DNA of 64,000 nucleotides from contig CAYPEY010000003.1 in the NCBI GenBank assembly GCA_964409955.1, positions 5,914-69,913 on the forward strand, in the 5' to 3' direction. This DNA is from an uncultured Staphylococcaceae bacterium. GTDB lineage: Bacteria; Bacillota_I; Bacilli_A; ML615J-28; CAG-313. Made by a program: the position numbers and the translations under genes. Shown piece after piece: positions 39,069 through 49,070 of the stretch. The stretch's first letter is position 1; each line of letters opens with the position of its first letter. The notes under the pieces were generated by a model. That model ran no database searches, was not told the origin of the DNA, and saw only the letters and a program-made list of their open reading frames with translations.

Positions 39069-39344
39069 CTACTTCTTAGCTTTCTTATCTTTGCCGTGAC
39101 CACGATAAGTTCTAGTTGGTGCGAATTCACCAAATTTATGACCTACCATATCTTCAGTTACATAAACTGGTAAATGTTCTTTACCATTATATACTGCTAC
39201 TGTGTGTCCAACAAATTCAGGATAAATTGTTGATCTTCTTGACCAAGTTTGAATAACCTTCTTTTGATTTGCAGCATTTAATGCTTCAACTTTTTTCATT
39301 AAATGTTCATCAATAAAAGGACCTTTTTTAAGTGAACGTGCCAT
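39069..39344 (-). CDS. rpsS: 30S ribosomal protein S19
   Basis: [12 protein letters not shown]... and operon order. Confidence 0.97.
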   Translation of the reverse strand: MARSLKKGPFIDEHLMKKVEALNAANQKKVIQTWSRRSTIYPEFVGHTVAVYNGKEHLPVYVTEDMVGHKFGEFAPTRTYRGHGKDKKAKK

Positions 39345-39359
39345 ATTTTTGGTTCCCTC

Positions 39360-40193
39360 CTATTTATCATTTCTACGACGAACGATAAGTCCGTTAGATT
39401 TATTTTTAGTTTTTCTAGTTTTAAGACCTAAAGCAACTTTACCCCAAGGAGTCATAGGAGCTTTACGACCGATTGGTTGACGACCTTCACCACCACCATG
39501 TGGATGGTCATTAGGGTTCATAACAGAACCACGTACTGTAGGGCGAATACCCATATGACGAGTACGTCCAGCTTTACCAATATTAACAAGTGAGTAATCT
39601 ACATTACCAACTGTACCGATTGTTGCACGGCATTCATTTAAGATACGACGAACTTCACCTGATCCAAGACGTACAAGAACATATCTTTCTTCACGACCTA
39701 AGATTTGTGCGTTAGCACCAGCAGCTCTTACAAGTTGTCCACCATGTCCAGGGTGTAATTCAATATTATGAATTGTTGTACCTACTGGAATATTTACGAT
39801 TGGAAGTGCGTTACCAATTGTAATATCCGCTTTTTCACCAGACATAACTGTTTGTCCAACTTTTAAATCTTTTGGAGCTAAGATATAACGTTTTTCACCA
39901 TCAGCGTAAGCAACAAGTGCAATATTAGCACTACGGTTTGGATCGTATTCAATAGTTTTAACTGTTGCAGGAATGTTATCCTTATTACGTTTAAAATCGA
40001 TTAAACGATATTTTCTTTTTTCAGCGCCACCTTTATGACGAACTGTGATAACACCTTGAGCGTTACGACCTGCTTTCTTATTAAGAGGAACTAGTAGGCT
40101 CTTCTCAGGAGTATCAGTTGTGATTTCATCATAAATTAGAACTGACATGTTACGTCTACCATTAGTGGTAGGTTTATACTTTCTAATAGCCAT
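39360..40193 (-). CDS. rplB: 50S ribosomal protein L2
   Basis: Sequence (...HPHGGGEGR...) and operon order. Confidence 0.97.
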   Translation of the reverse strand: MAIRKYKPTTNGRRNMSVLIYDEITTDTPEKSLLVPLNKKAGRNAQGVITVRHKGGAEKRKYRLIDFKRNKDNIPATVKTIEYDPNRSANIALVAYADGEKRYILAPKDLKVGQTVMSGEKADITIGNALPIVNIPVGTTIHNIELHPGHGGQLVRAAGANAQILGREERYVLVRLGSGEVRRILNECRATIGTVGNVDYSLVNIGKAGRTRHMGIRPTVRGSVMNPNDHPHGGGEGRQPIGRKAPMTPWGKVALGLKTRKTKNKSNGLIVRRRNDK

Positions 40194-40210
40194 GATTTTC
40201 TTCCTCCATT

Positions 40211-40495
40211 CTATAATTCGAATACATCGATAGTTTGACCTTCAGCAAGTCTTACAATAGCTTTTTTATAAGCTGCTTTAAAGCCTTCATATCTTTGTAA
40301 TCTTTTTGGTTTTCTATGAACATTAACTGTTCTAATAGCTTCTACTTTAACATTAAAGATTTCTTCAATTGCTTTTTTGATTTCAACTTTGTTTGCATCA
40401 ACTGCAACTTCAAATGTATATTGTAATTTATCTACTAATCCACTTGATTTTTCAGTGATGATTGGTCTTTTAATAATATCGTAATTAGATTTCAT
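40211..40495 (-). CDS. rplW: 50S ribosomal protein L23
   Basis: Sequence and operon order. Confidence 0.96.
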   Translation of the reverse strand: MKSNYDIIKRPIITEKSSGLVDKLQYTFEVAVDANKVEIKKAIEEIFNVKVEAIRTVNVHRKPKRLQRYEGFKAAYKKAIVRLAEGQTIDVFEL

Positions 40496-41121
40496 TATTT
40501 AAGAACCTCCTCAAATTTTTCTGCTGCAGCTTTAGTAATAACTAAATTTTTAGCATTCATCATTTGATAAACTGAAACATGATCATATTGTTGAACAAGT
40601 ACATTTGGAATGTTACGTCCAGCAAGTTCTACATTTCCATTTTCGCTATCAATTACTAAAACTACTTTATTGTTTTCTAAATTAAATGCTTTTAACACTT
40701 CTACTAAACCTTTAGTTTTGTAAGATTCTAAAACAATTTGATCTAATAAAACAATATTATTTTCACGAACTTTTGCGCTTAATGCACAACGCATTGCAAG
40801 GCGCACAACTTTTTTATTAACTTTAATAGCATGAGATCTTGGAGTTGGAGCGAATACAACACCACCACCACGCCATTGTGGAGCACGGATTGAACCTTGT
40901 CTAGCGCGACCAGTGCCTTTTTGACGCCAAGGTTTACGACCACCACCACGAACTTCAGAACGAGTTTTTGCTTTTTGAGTACCTTGTCTCATTGCTGCAC
41001 GTTCTGCAACGATTGTATCGAATATAGCTTGTTGATTATCTTCTACACCGAATACATTGTTGTTTAATTCAACTTCACCAACTTGTGAACCTGTTTGATT
41101 ATATAATACAACTTTTGGCAT
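40495..41121 (-). CDS. rplD: 50S ribosomal protein L4
   Basis: Sequence (RGGGRKPWRQKGTGRAR) and operon order. Confidence 0.97.
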   Translation of the reverse strand: MPKVVLYNQTGSQVGEVELNNNVFGVEDNQQAIFDTIVAERAAMRQGTQKAKTRSEVRGGGRKPWRQKGTGRARQGSIRAPQWRGGGVVFAPTPRSHAIKVNKKVVRLAMRCALSAKVRENNIVLLDQIVLESYKTKGLVEVLKAFNLENNKVVLVIDSENGNVELAGRNIPNVLVQQYDHVSVYQMMNAKNLVITKAAAEKFEEVLK

Positions 41122-41138
41122 GTGTTTTTACTCCTTTC

Positions 41139-41798
41139 TTATGCTAATGCTTCAGGGTTAATTTCTGGTTTATTTGCTTTAACAGCATTTTGTACTACTA
41201 CAAATGAGTTTTTAGCACCAGGTACATTACCCTTAATTAAAATTACATTGTTTTCTGCATCGTATTTAACAAATTCAAGATTTTGAACTGTTGTAGTTTC
41301 TCCACCCATACGACCTGGCATTTTCTTACCTGGTTTGATACGTGCTGGTTGAATAGATCCCATTGAACCTGTACCTCTGTGGTAACCTGAACCGTGTGCC
41401 ATAGGTCCGATTGCATAGTTCCAACGTTTAACTACACCTTGGAAACCTTTACCTTTTGATACACCTGTTACGTCTACTAATTCACCAACAGTGAAGATAT
41501 TTCCTTTAACCTCTTGTCCAACTTCAAACGCTAGCATTTCTTCCCCAGCGATTTCTTTTACGAAGCGCTTAGGGGCTGTTTGTGCTTTTGCAGCATGTCC
41601 TTTTTCAGGTTTAGTTGCTAAGTTTTCTTTTTTATCAGCATAACCTAATTGAACTGCAGCATAACCATCTGTTTCAACAGTCTTTTTTTGTAATACAACG
41701 TTCGGAGTTACTTCGATTACTGTAACCGGGATTAAAGCGCCAGCTTCAGTAAAAATTTGTGTCATTCCGATTTTCTTACCTAAGATTCCTTTGGCCAT
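41139..41798 (-). CDS. rplC: 50S ribosomal protein L3
   Basis: [16 protein letters not shown]... and operon order. Confidence 0.97.
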   Translation of the reverse strand: MAKGILGKKIGMTQIFTEAGALIPVTVIEVTPNVVLQKKTVETDGYAAVQLGYADKKENLATKPEKGHAAKAQTAPKRFVKEIAGEEMLAFEVGQEVKGNIFTVGELVDVTGVSKGKGFQGVVKRWNYAIGPMAHGSGYHRGTGSMGSIQPARIKPGKKMPGRMGGETTTVQNLEFVKYDAENNVILIKGNVPGAKNSFVVVQNAVKANKPEINPEALA

Positions 41799-41819
41799 GA
41801 GTACACCTCCTATTTCTCA

Positions 41820-42128
41820 CTATTTTAAAACGATATCGACACCAGATGGAAGTTCTAAGTGAACTAACGCATCCATTGTTTTTGGAGTCATATTTACAAT
41901 ATCAATTAAACGTTTATGAGTACGTCTTTCGAATTGTTCACGACTATCTTTATATTTGTGTGGTGAACGAATAATTGTAAATACTTCCTTTTCTGTAGGA
42001 AGCGGAATAGGACCAGATACTGTAGCTCCAGTTCTCTTACAAGCTTCTACAATTTTTTTAGCAGATTCATCTAATAATCTATGATCATAAGATAATAATC
42101 TGATTCTTAATTTTTTTTCTTTTGCCAT
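41820..42128 (-). CDS. rpsJ: 30S ribosomal protein S10
   Basis: [16 protein letters not shown]... Start at ATG 42128, 7 nt after GGAGG. The ORF-track extension to 42224 is leader RNA read as protein. Confidence 0.96.
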   Translation of the reverse strand: MAKEKKLRIRLLSYDHRLLDESAKKIVEACKRTGATVSGPIPLPTEKEVFTIIRSPHKYKDSREQFERRTHKRLIDIVNMTPKTMDALVHLELPSGVDIVLK

Positions 42129-42252
42129 GTGTTTTCCTCCTAGCTTGATTTTATAAGCTTTAGGCTCCATACGAATTACCTGACCATACACACTCCACGA
42201 CAACTCCTCCGTGTGTGTCAGCAACCTCGCATATCACTGCCCTCTTTTTAGC
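42129..42252 (-). promoter_or_regulatory. structured 5' leader of the S10 operon (candidate r-protein autoregulatory RNA)
   Basis: ~124-nt leader at ~52% G+C (my count over 85 nt) within AT-rich flanks. Hairpin CUGAC-ACACAC...GUGUGU-AUG-GUCAG (42180-42221) with GGAGGAG in the apical loop. Confidence 0.4.
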
Positions 42253-42259
42253 CTTATAT

Positions 42260-42287
42260 ATTATACCAAAATTCCAAATAAAAGCAA
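42260..42287 (-). promoter_or_regulatory. sigma-A-type promoter of the S10 operon
   Basis: Minus strand TTGCTT (42282-42287), 16 nt, TGG-TATAAT (-10 at 42260-42265). Confidence 0.6.
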
Positions 42288-42376
42288 ATTTAATGCTTTA
42301 TAATTTAATATTTTTTAAAATTTTTTTATCTAAAAAAGAATTTATTAATAAAAAATTTCCTATTTTGTAAATTTAC

Positions 42377-42409
42377 AAAAAAAGAACAACCATAAAACAT
42401 AGTTGTTCT
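42377..42409 (-). terminator. intrinsic terminator after the DUF3800 gene
   Basis: AGAACAAC-loop-GUUGUUCU followed by UUUUUUUG. Confidence 0.65.
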
Positions 42410-42436
42410 TATATTATTTATTCTTTATATTTTAAA

Positions 42437-43129
42437 TTATTCTTCCTTAAAAGGATACCAAAGTACACTTTTTAAACTATTAGAATTATGCAGTATTTCA
42501 ATTAGATTGTGATATTTATCCACATTATTTAAATAAGAGAAATACAAGTTAGAAAAGAAATCAGCTATTTGAATATATATATTTGTTTTAGAATCATAGT
42601 ACTCTATATCAACATTTTGAAGTAAATTTTCTTTCATTCTAAGTTCAATCGCTAAGTGATCTTCAAGTGAATTTGTAGACTTTAACTCTAAATTTCTATT
42701 ATCTATATGTATATAATACCTATCATTTGGCAAATTACCATTTTTTAAATTGTCTTTAAGTAAGTTTTCTAACAAGTAATTAAACATTCTTGCACAATTT
42801 TCTAACATTCTTTTCTTAGTTAAATCATTCTCCACTATAATATAGAATATATCAATATACTCACCTTGTAACATCACTTGTAAAAACTTTTCTTTTAATT
42901 CTAAGTTTAACGCAGATCCTTTTAACTCTACAAACTTACCTTTACAAAACATTCTATCATAATGATCAGACGCTTTTAAATCTTCATAATTATCATTAAT
43001 GAATTTACGATATTTTTCTTTTGCTTTTTTTAAATCATTAATTTTTATCACGCACATCAAAAAGAAAGGATTATCATATGCAAATTCTTTTGTAAGAGAA
43101 CCAGATTCATCTATAAATAGTTCTATCAT
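42437..43129 (-). CDS. DUF3800 domain protein
   Basis: N-terminal MIELFIDESGS (the xxIDESG motif typical of DUF3800) and ~230 aa size. Confidence 0.7.
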   Translation of the reverse strand: MIELFIDESGSLTKEFAYDNPFFLMCVIKINDLKKAKEKYRKFINDNYEDLKASDHYDRMFCKGKFVELKGSALNLELKEKFLQVMLQGEYIDIFYIIVENDLTKKRMLENCARMFNYLLENLLKDNLKNGNLPNDRYYIHIDNRNLELKSTNSLEDHLAIELRMKENLLQNVDIEYYDSKTNIYIQIADFFSNLYFSYLNNVDKYHNLIEILHNSNSLKSVLWYPFKEE

Positions 43130-43225
43130 AAATATACTTCCTTTCTTTATATTATATATATAATTATATAATTTTTATTTTTTTATGTCAATTATAATTA
43201 AAGATATTTTTTTCTTTATATATAT

Positions 43226-43255
43226 AAAGAAAAATGGACTCATTTCTTTGAGCCC
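43226..43255 (-). terminator. intrinsic terminator after the 1847-aa gene
   Basis: GGGCUCA-AAGAAA-UGAGUCC (one G-U pair) followed by AUUUUUCUUU. Confidence 0.5.
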
Positions 43256-43267
43256 ATTTTTTTATTT

Positions 43268-46200
43268 TTATTCAAATGTTATAGCGTATTCTAATTCACT
43301 TGTATAATCTACTGGAACAAAGTTGATTCTTATATTATAAGTACCAGCTTCATAGCTCATTGCAGCAGCAAGTTCTTCTACTTGTGTTTTAGAGAAAGAT
43401 ACATAACGTCCTTCTTCCGCAAAAGTAAATTCAACACCTTCTAAAACAACTGGTTCTTCATCTTCTTCAACTACTAATGAAACCACTATTAAATATTGAA
43501 GTTCTTCTTTACCAACATAGTAACCTACTGTATAAACATCAGAATCTTCTGTTGTACAATCTTCAAGAACGATTGCCCCTGTTGCACCATTTGCATTTTC
43601 TAATCCACAAACTGTACAAACATACCCATCTTGATCATATGCCAGTTGCCATTTATGTCCTTGAGGAGCCCATTCTTGATATTTTTCTTCAGATTTAGTT
43701 CCGCAGAATACACATTCAATATAGCGATATGTTGATTGAGTACAAGGATGTTCAGTTTCTGTATAAACTTCTTTATATCTGCAAGCAATTTCTTCAGAAA
43801 CTTCATATGCACCGTCTACATTACTATAAGTTTTTACTACGATACAAGGTGCAGATGTAAAATAATAAACATATTCATATTGATACCAATATTCTTTTTG
43901 ACCTTCGTATTGAGTTGTTGTTTTAATTAATGTAGTAAATTGATGTCCTTCTACATACATATATTCCAATAAACTATATCTAGAGTAACCAGTTGATGTG
44001 TTTGAGTTATATGTTTCGTGTTTTATTGTTAGACCATTTTCCTTTGTATAAATATTTGTTATCGTTTCTCCACATGCACAAGCTTCAACTATATGATAAC
44101 AAGAATCATCGTCTTGTATAACGTTTCTTTCAAAATCATGAGAAACATAATATGTATTATATGTATATGTTATTTCTTTTTGTGCGCCTACCACTGTATA
44201 TTCGCCAGTTTCTTCGTTATATTCAACATCTGATACACCTAAATAATATGTAACTGTGGCAAAAATATAACAATTAGCAGATTTTGATTGAATAGTAGAT
44301 TTTACTGCATATTTAAATGTACATTGTTCAGGATTTGTAACAGCACATGTATACAGTCTTAAATATTCAAAGTTATCGCTATAGTATAATTCTTCAGTAT
44401 AGAATTCACATTTTGATTCAACATAATATTTTCTATTTTCTCCACAAGCACAACCACTTATGATAAAATTTCCATCACATACAGAACCATAATTAGTCAA
44501 ATCATAAGATTCTTCAACATTAATATGATAGTAAACTGTATCTATATCAGTTGCATCACATCTTATACATGAATAAATAATATTTACACCATCTTTACAA
44601 GATTCACCTAATAATTCATAACCAGATTTTTCAAAATTATGTCCCATTGTATAATAGTAGTAATAATAATCATCACATTTTGTACATTCTAAATAGCGCT
44701 TACCTTTATCTGTGCATCCTGCAGGTTCATAAGATAATTCCTCATTAAATTCATAATTATGACTTGCAGTCGCTCCATCTGTAAAATCACCAGTTAATGG
44801 ATTATAATATACATATAAATAATAGTTATCATTATATGTTTCTTGTAAAATAGGTGTTATACTAGTTGAATCAATTACTCCATCTGCACTAATACCATAT
44901 TTACTACTATATCTTTCAACATATGCATTTACGCCAAATCCTATTTCTAACCAATCACTACATTCATTACTTGTATACATTTGATTGTAATTTTTAATAT
45001 CTTCAGCATTAATAGTATAAACTTCATAATCTAATATAATACCATTATATTTATTGTAAATACGAGTAACAACTAACGTTTCAAGTTCACCAGTTTCTTC
45101 ATTGTAAACTAAATCAAATTCACACCAATCATTAGCCATATATCCAATAAATACTTCAATATTATTATATAAATCAATAGCATCTTGTAAATCACTTACT
45201 TCTTCTTTAACATCAGTATTAGGTTTTACAGGAACATAATTGCTATCAAGTATAATTGCACCTTCTAAAGCAATTGGTCCTAAATCAACATTTACATTAA
45301 TTGTAGCTTTAACAACATTATTATTTGAATCAAGTAATGCTGATGCGCCAAAGCTGTCGTTTAATAAAGCTAATATTTGATCAACCATTTCTTTTAATTC
45401 TTCAGCAGTCATATCCATATTTGCAGCAAGCATATCAAATAATTTTACATCTTTTAAGCTTTCAATAGTTTCAATAACTTGTGCTTTTATGTTATCGATA
45501 GTGAATTCATCTGATTCTTCTTCAGAATAAACTTTAGGTAAGTCTTCTGTTTCTTCATCACCATATCCTTCATTGTTATTTTTACCAGCAATTAACATCA
45601 TAATGAAATCACCAACACTTACAGCTTTAACTTCATCTGATGTAATCATTGCTAAAATATCAACTTCTTCTTCACTACCTGTCATAATTTGAACAAGTGT
45701 ATTAACAGAATCAGCATCTTCTGGTACCATTCCCATTTCAGCCATTAATACAACTAAATCATCAAGAGATGCCATTACTTCTTCTAATACAAAGCCTTTT
45801 GACTCAACGAAATCAATTAATTTACCTACATTAAAATCAAAGATTAAATCTACATTTTCAAGAACAGCTGTTCCTGTTACTTCTGCTAATACATCATATA
45901 AAGTATTATTATATAAGAAATCTACTAAATTTTGTAATGCTAAAACGTTTAATGTTATAGTTTTGCCTTCTTCAGTATCTTCCAAAATTAAAACTTTTTC
46001 AACTACTTTTTCAAGCATTGCATTTACTGCATCACTATTAGTATCAACAATCTTATCAGCAACTTCTTTAAAACTATCATTATACCAAGCATTAGCCATA
46101 GCAAGTAAAGCTTCAATCATTTCAGTAGGGATTTCACCAGTTTGAGATGAAACAAGAGCAACGATATCACCATATAACATAAAATCTTGAGTAACTTTTC

Positions 46201-48811
46201 CGTCAACTGTAGTTATTTGATTTCCATAGAATTTATTATCTACAAAATAGAATTTAACTGTAGATTTTTCTACGCTTGTTGCAGATTGATATACATCAGC
46301 AACAATCGTTCCACTTCCTACTAAATTACCATTTTCATCAAGAGTTAAATATAATTCTTCAATTAATTCTTCAGTATAAGGATCAAATGGATCTATTTCA
46401 CCACCTACACTTGCTCCCACCATTTCAACATATAGATATACATCATTTAATACTAAAGTCATATTTTGTTCAAATAAGCTAGCAAGAGCATCTTTAACAA
46501 TATCTAAATCTGAGCCTTCTGTTTTAGGTAAGATTTCTGTATGTTGTTCTTCACAGTTTTTACATTCATATAATACATATCCAGCTTCTGTTGCTGTAGC
46601 AGGAACTTTTTCTAATACTAACCATTTATGACCAATAGCTGCTTGTACTGTAGAATAAGAGTTATCACAATGTTCACAGATATATTCAACAACACCATTT
46701 TCAAGACATGTTGCTGTTCCTTCTTGTGCTTCATAATTATGTCCATGTGCAGGAATAACTTTTTCAACATGATATGCGCAATTGTCATTAGCACAGCTTA
46801 ATACTGATTTACCAGCTTCAGTACATGTAGCTTCAACTGATAATTCTTCATCTAATTCTAATGCGTGTCCAACTGCAGCAATAATTGTTGTATATTTATA
46901 ATTACATCCTTGATTTGTACAACTATGTTCAACTTTACCATTTTTAACACATGTAGCAGGAGTAGTTACATCTGAAACTGCATGTCCTTTTGCAGAAACA
47001 ACATTAGTTGTTTTAGATTCACCACAACGTTGACAAACGCTTAATGTATAACCAGCTTCAGTACATGTAGCTTCTTTAACAATATCAGTCATAACATGTC
47101 CGTAAGCTTTGCATCTTTCTGCAGGTGTTAATCTTGTAACAGTATAATAAGAGAAGTGATCTGTTTCAAATGTTGCATATCCATTAGCATATACAGCAGG
47201 GAATACTTCAATTCCGCCTTCATCGTTAATATAAACAATCGCAATACTATCTGGGTCTTCTCCAGGTGCAAGTTCATAAGGAACTGTAACAGTAATTTTA
47301 CCGTTAAAGTTAGATACAGGAGTTTCACCTTGAGTTAAACCAAAGTTATAAATCTTAGTGTTTTCATTAACAGTTCCACCAAGTGCTTCAACTGCAGCCT
47401 CAACTTCTTCTTTAGTTAAATCTCCAGGCAAGTTATCAACATCATAACTTTCAGCAGTTAATGATACATCTTCATCACTGTCTAAACCACTTAATGTATC
47501 AGCATCAAGTTTTAATGATGCATTTTGTAACGCAACACCATTTTCAGCTAAGTTTTCTTTTGCAACTGTACCAGTTGTACTAGCAATAATAATTTCTGAT
47601 TTAGTTTCTCCACAATTATTTGAGCAATAATATGTAACAGTTGAAGTTTCACTAACTGTTGCAGCTTCTGTATCAGCTACCCAAACGTGTGCACCAGCGT
47701 TTTCATAATCTCTATCTTCAGTAGCACCACACGCACAAGAATAAGTTTTTACACCAGGAATTGTACATGTTGCTTCTGTTTTAATAACTGAAGTTGTATA
47801 GTTATGTTTTGTAACTGTTTCAGTTTTTGTTTGTACTTCTTCACATACAGTACATAAACCTTCATAATTTTGTTCATAACTACAATCAGATAATGCTTCT
47901 TCACATACATATGCCCAAGTAGGAACATTATGTCCTTTAGCATGTTCTCCGATTACATCATATGTATCTCCACAATTATTACATTCATAATATGAAACTT
48001 CATTTTGAGTACAACTTAATTCAGCATAACCTACTTGTCCATAAGCATGTCCTGTTGCTTCTAAAACATTTTCATATGAATCTCCACAACTACATTCGTA
48101 AACTTCTTTACCATCTTCTTCACATGTAGCTTCTACTTCACTAACAACGTTATAATTGTGTCCATTAGCTTTTAAAGTTTCTTCATAAGAATCTCCACAA
48201 CTACATTCATACACGTTTGAACCGTCTTCTGTACATGTTGCCTCATTAGTTGCAGAAAGTTCATAAGCGTGTCCTTTAGCTTTTACTGTTTGTGTGTAAA
48301 AATTTCCACAACTACATTCATATGTCAATAAACCATCTGTTGTACAGTTTACAGCTACTGTAACTTTTTCTTCATATGTATGTCCTGTTGCAGAAAGAAC
48401 CTTTTGATAAGAATCTCCACAATCACATACATATTCTTCATATCCTATTTCTTCACAAGTAGGATCAACTGTAACAGCTAATTCATGAGTATGAGATTTT
48501 GCAGCTTCAACAACAATTGTGTGTGTTGTTCCACATCCATATTCACAAACAGCAGTAGCTGTTTTATTTACAGTACAATCTTTTTCATTATTGTTAACAT
48601 ATGTAACAAATAAATGAGCTGCTTCTTGTGAAATTTCAATTTTTTCTACCTCTCCGCAATAAGGGCATTTACGAGTTTTTTCACCTGATGCAAAACATGT
48701 TGCCTCACGTGTTACTTCCCATTCGCTCCATGAGTGTTCTAACTTACACCCTGTTATCACAAATAAAAATAGAAATACGGCTAATAAGCCTAAATATTTA
48801 ATCTTTTTCAT
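43268..48811 (-). CDS. giant Cys-rich repeat surface lipoprotein (1847 aa)
   Basis: Signal peptide with lipobox (FVITG-C). At least 15 modules of ~37 aa with the pattern GH-x(9-13)-C-x(6-9)-C-x(1-2)-C-G, in three blocks. A ~530-aa Cys-free acidic central region. Uninterrupted ORF with RBS GGAGG. Confidence 0.85.
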   Translation of the reverse strand: MKKIKYLGLLAVFLFLFVITGCKLEHSWSEWEVTREATCFASGEKTRKCPYCGEVEKIEISQEAAHLFVTYVNNNEKDCTVNKTATAVCEYGCGTTHTIVVEAAKSHTHELAVTVDPTCEEIGYEEYVCDCGDSYQKVLSATGHTYEEKVTVAVNCTTDGLLTYECSCGNFYTQTVKAKGHAYELSATNEATCTEDGSNVYECSCGDSYEETLKANGHNYNVVSEVEATCEEDGKEVYECSCGDSYENVLEATGHAYGQVGYAELSCTQNEVSYYECNNCGDTYDVIGEHAKGHNVPTWAYVCEEALSDCSYEQNYEGLCTVCEEVQTKTETVTKHNYTTSVIKTEATCTIPGVKTYSCACGATEDRDYENAGAHVWVADTEAATVSETSTVTYYCSNNCGETKSEIIIASTTGTVAKENLAENGVALQNASLKLDADTLSGLDSDEDVSLTAESYDVDNLPGDLTKEEVEAAVEALGGTVNENTKIYNFGLTQGETPVSNFNGKITVTVPYELAPGEDPDSIAIVYINDEGGIEVFPAVYANGYATFETDHFSYYTVTRLTPAERCKAYGHVMTDIVKEATCTEAGYTLSVCQRCGESKTTNVVSAKGHAVSDVTTPATCVKNGKVEHSCTNQGCNYKYTTIIAAVGHALELDEELSVEATCTEAGKSVLSCANDNCAYHVEKVIPAHGHNYEAQEGTATCLENGVVEYICEHCDNSYSTVQAAIGHKWLVLEKVPATATEAGYVLYECKNCEEQHTEILPKTEGSDLDIVKDALASLFEQNMTLVLNDVYLYVEMVGASVGGEIDPFDPYTEELIEELYLTLDENGNLVGSGTIVADVYQSATSVEKSTVKFYFVDNKFYGNQITTVDGKVTQDFMLYGDIVALVSSQTGEIPTEMIEALLAMANAWYNDSFKEVADKIVDTNSDAVNAMLEKVVEKVLILEDTEEGKTITLNVLALQNLVDFLYNNTLYDVLAEVTGTAVLENVDLIFDFNVGKLIDFVESKGFVLEEVMASLDDLVVLMAEMGMVPEDADSVNTLVQIMTGSEEEVDILAMITSDEVKAVSVGDFIMMLIAGKNNNEGYGDEETEDLPKVYSEEESDEFTIDNIKAQVIETIESLKDVKLFDMLAANMDMTAEELKEMVDQILALLNDSFGASALLDSNNNVVKATINVNVDLGPIALEGAIILDSNYVPVKPNTDVKEEVSDLQDAIDLYNNIEVFIGYMANDWCEFDLVYNEETGELETLVVTRIYNKYNGIILDYEVYTINAEDIKNYNQMYTSNECSDWLEIGFGVNAYVERYSSKYGISADGVIDSTSITPILQETYNDNYYLYVYYNPLTGDFTDGATASHNYEFNEELSYEPAGCTDKGKRYLECTKCDDYYYYYYTMGHNFEKSGYELLGESCKDGVNIIYSCIRCDATDIDTVYYHINVEESYDLTNYGSVCDGNFIISGCACGENRKYYVESKCEFYTEELYYSDNFEYLRLYTCAVTNPEQCTFKYAVKSTIQSKSANCYIFATVTYYLGVSDVEYNEETGEYTVVGAQKEITYTYNTYYVSHDFERNVIQDDDSCYHIVEACACGETITNIYTKENGLTIKHETYNSNTSTGYSRYSLLEYMYVEGHQFTTLIKTTTQYEGQKEYWYQYEYVYYFTSAPCIVVKTYSNVDGAYEVSEEIACRYKEVYTETEHPCTQSTYRYIECVFCGTKSEEKYQEWAPQGHKWQLAYDQDGYVCTVCGLENANGATGAIVLEDCTTEDSDVYTVGYYVGKEELQYLIVVSLVVEEDEEPVVLEGVEFTFAEEGRYVSFSKTQVEELAAAMSYEAGTYNIRINFVPVDYTSELEYAITFE

Positions 48812-48859
48812 AGACTACCTCCATTTTTTCTATAAAAGTATACCTTTATATACACATTT

Positions 48860-48888
48860 ATTTTACTCCCAAACTGTTAATTAATCAA
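48860..48888 (-). promoter_or_regulatory. candidate promoter of the giant lipoprotein gene
   Basis: Minus strand TTGATT (48883-48888), 17 nt, TAAAAT (48860-48865). Confidence 0.45.
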
Positions 48889-49070
48889 GTATTTAGTTTT
48901 AAAAATAACTATTGTTTGTTTTTTTATAAGATACAATAAACAATACCTATCTAGAATATCTCTTAATACTATGTTTTATATTACTTTTTTATTCGTACAA
49001 AAATGTTTTTTTCAAAAATCATTCTAAGAATTTATAATTCTTATTTTATAAGAAGTAATTAGTCAAGCTA

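Noticed and set aside
42129-42224. N-terminal 32-aa extension of the rpsJ ORF ([32 protein letters not shown])
   Set aside because: The canonical S10 start MAKEKK has a GGAGG RBS 7 nt upstream. The extension spans the GC-rich leader hairpin and has no RBS, so it is treated as leader RNA.
42365-42378. Perfect 14-nt palindrome TTGTAAATTTACAA ~80 nt upstream of the S10 -35 box
   Set aside because: It is short and AT-only in very AT-rich DNA, and it directly abuts the DUF3800 terminator U-tract. Chance occurrence is plausible and I have no supporting evidence of a binding protein.
43477-47943. Eight short ORFs (both strands) inside the 1847-aa gene, and two at 50710-51489 inside the NAGPA-like gene
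   Set aside because: They are low-complexity shadow frames of long, uninterrupted, motif-rich ORFs.
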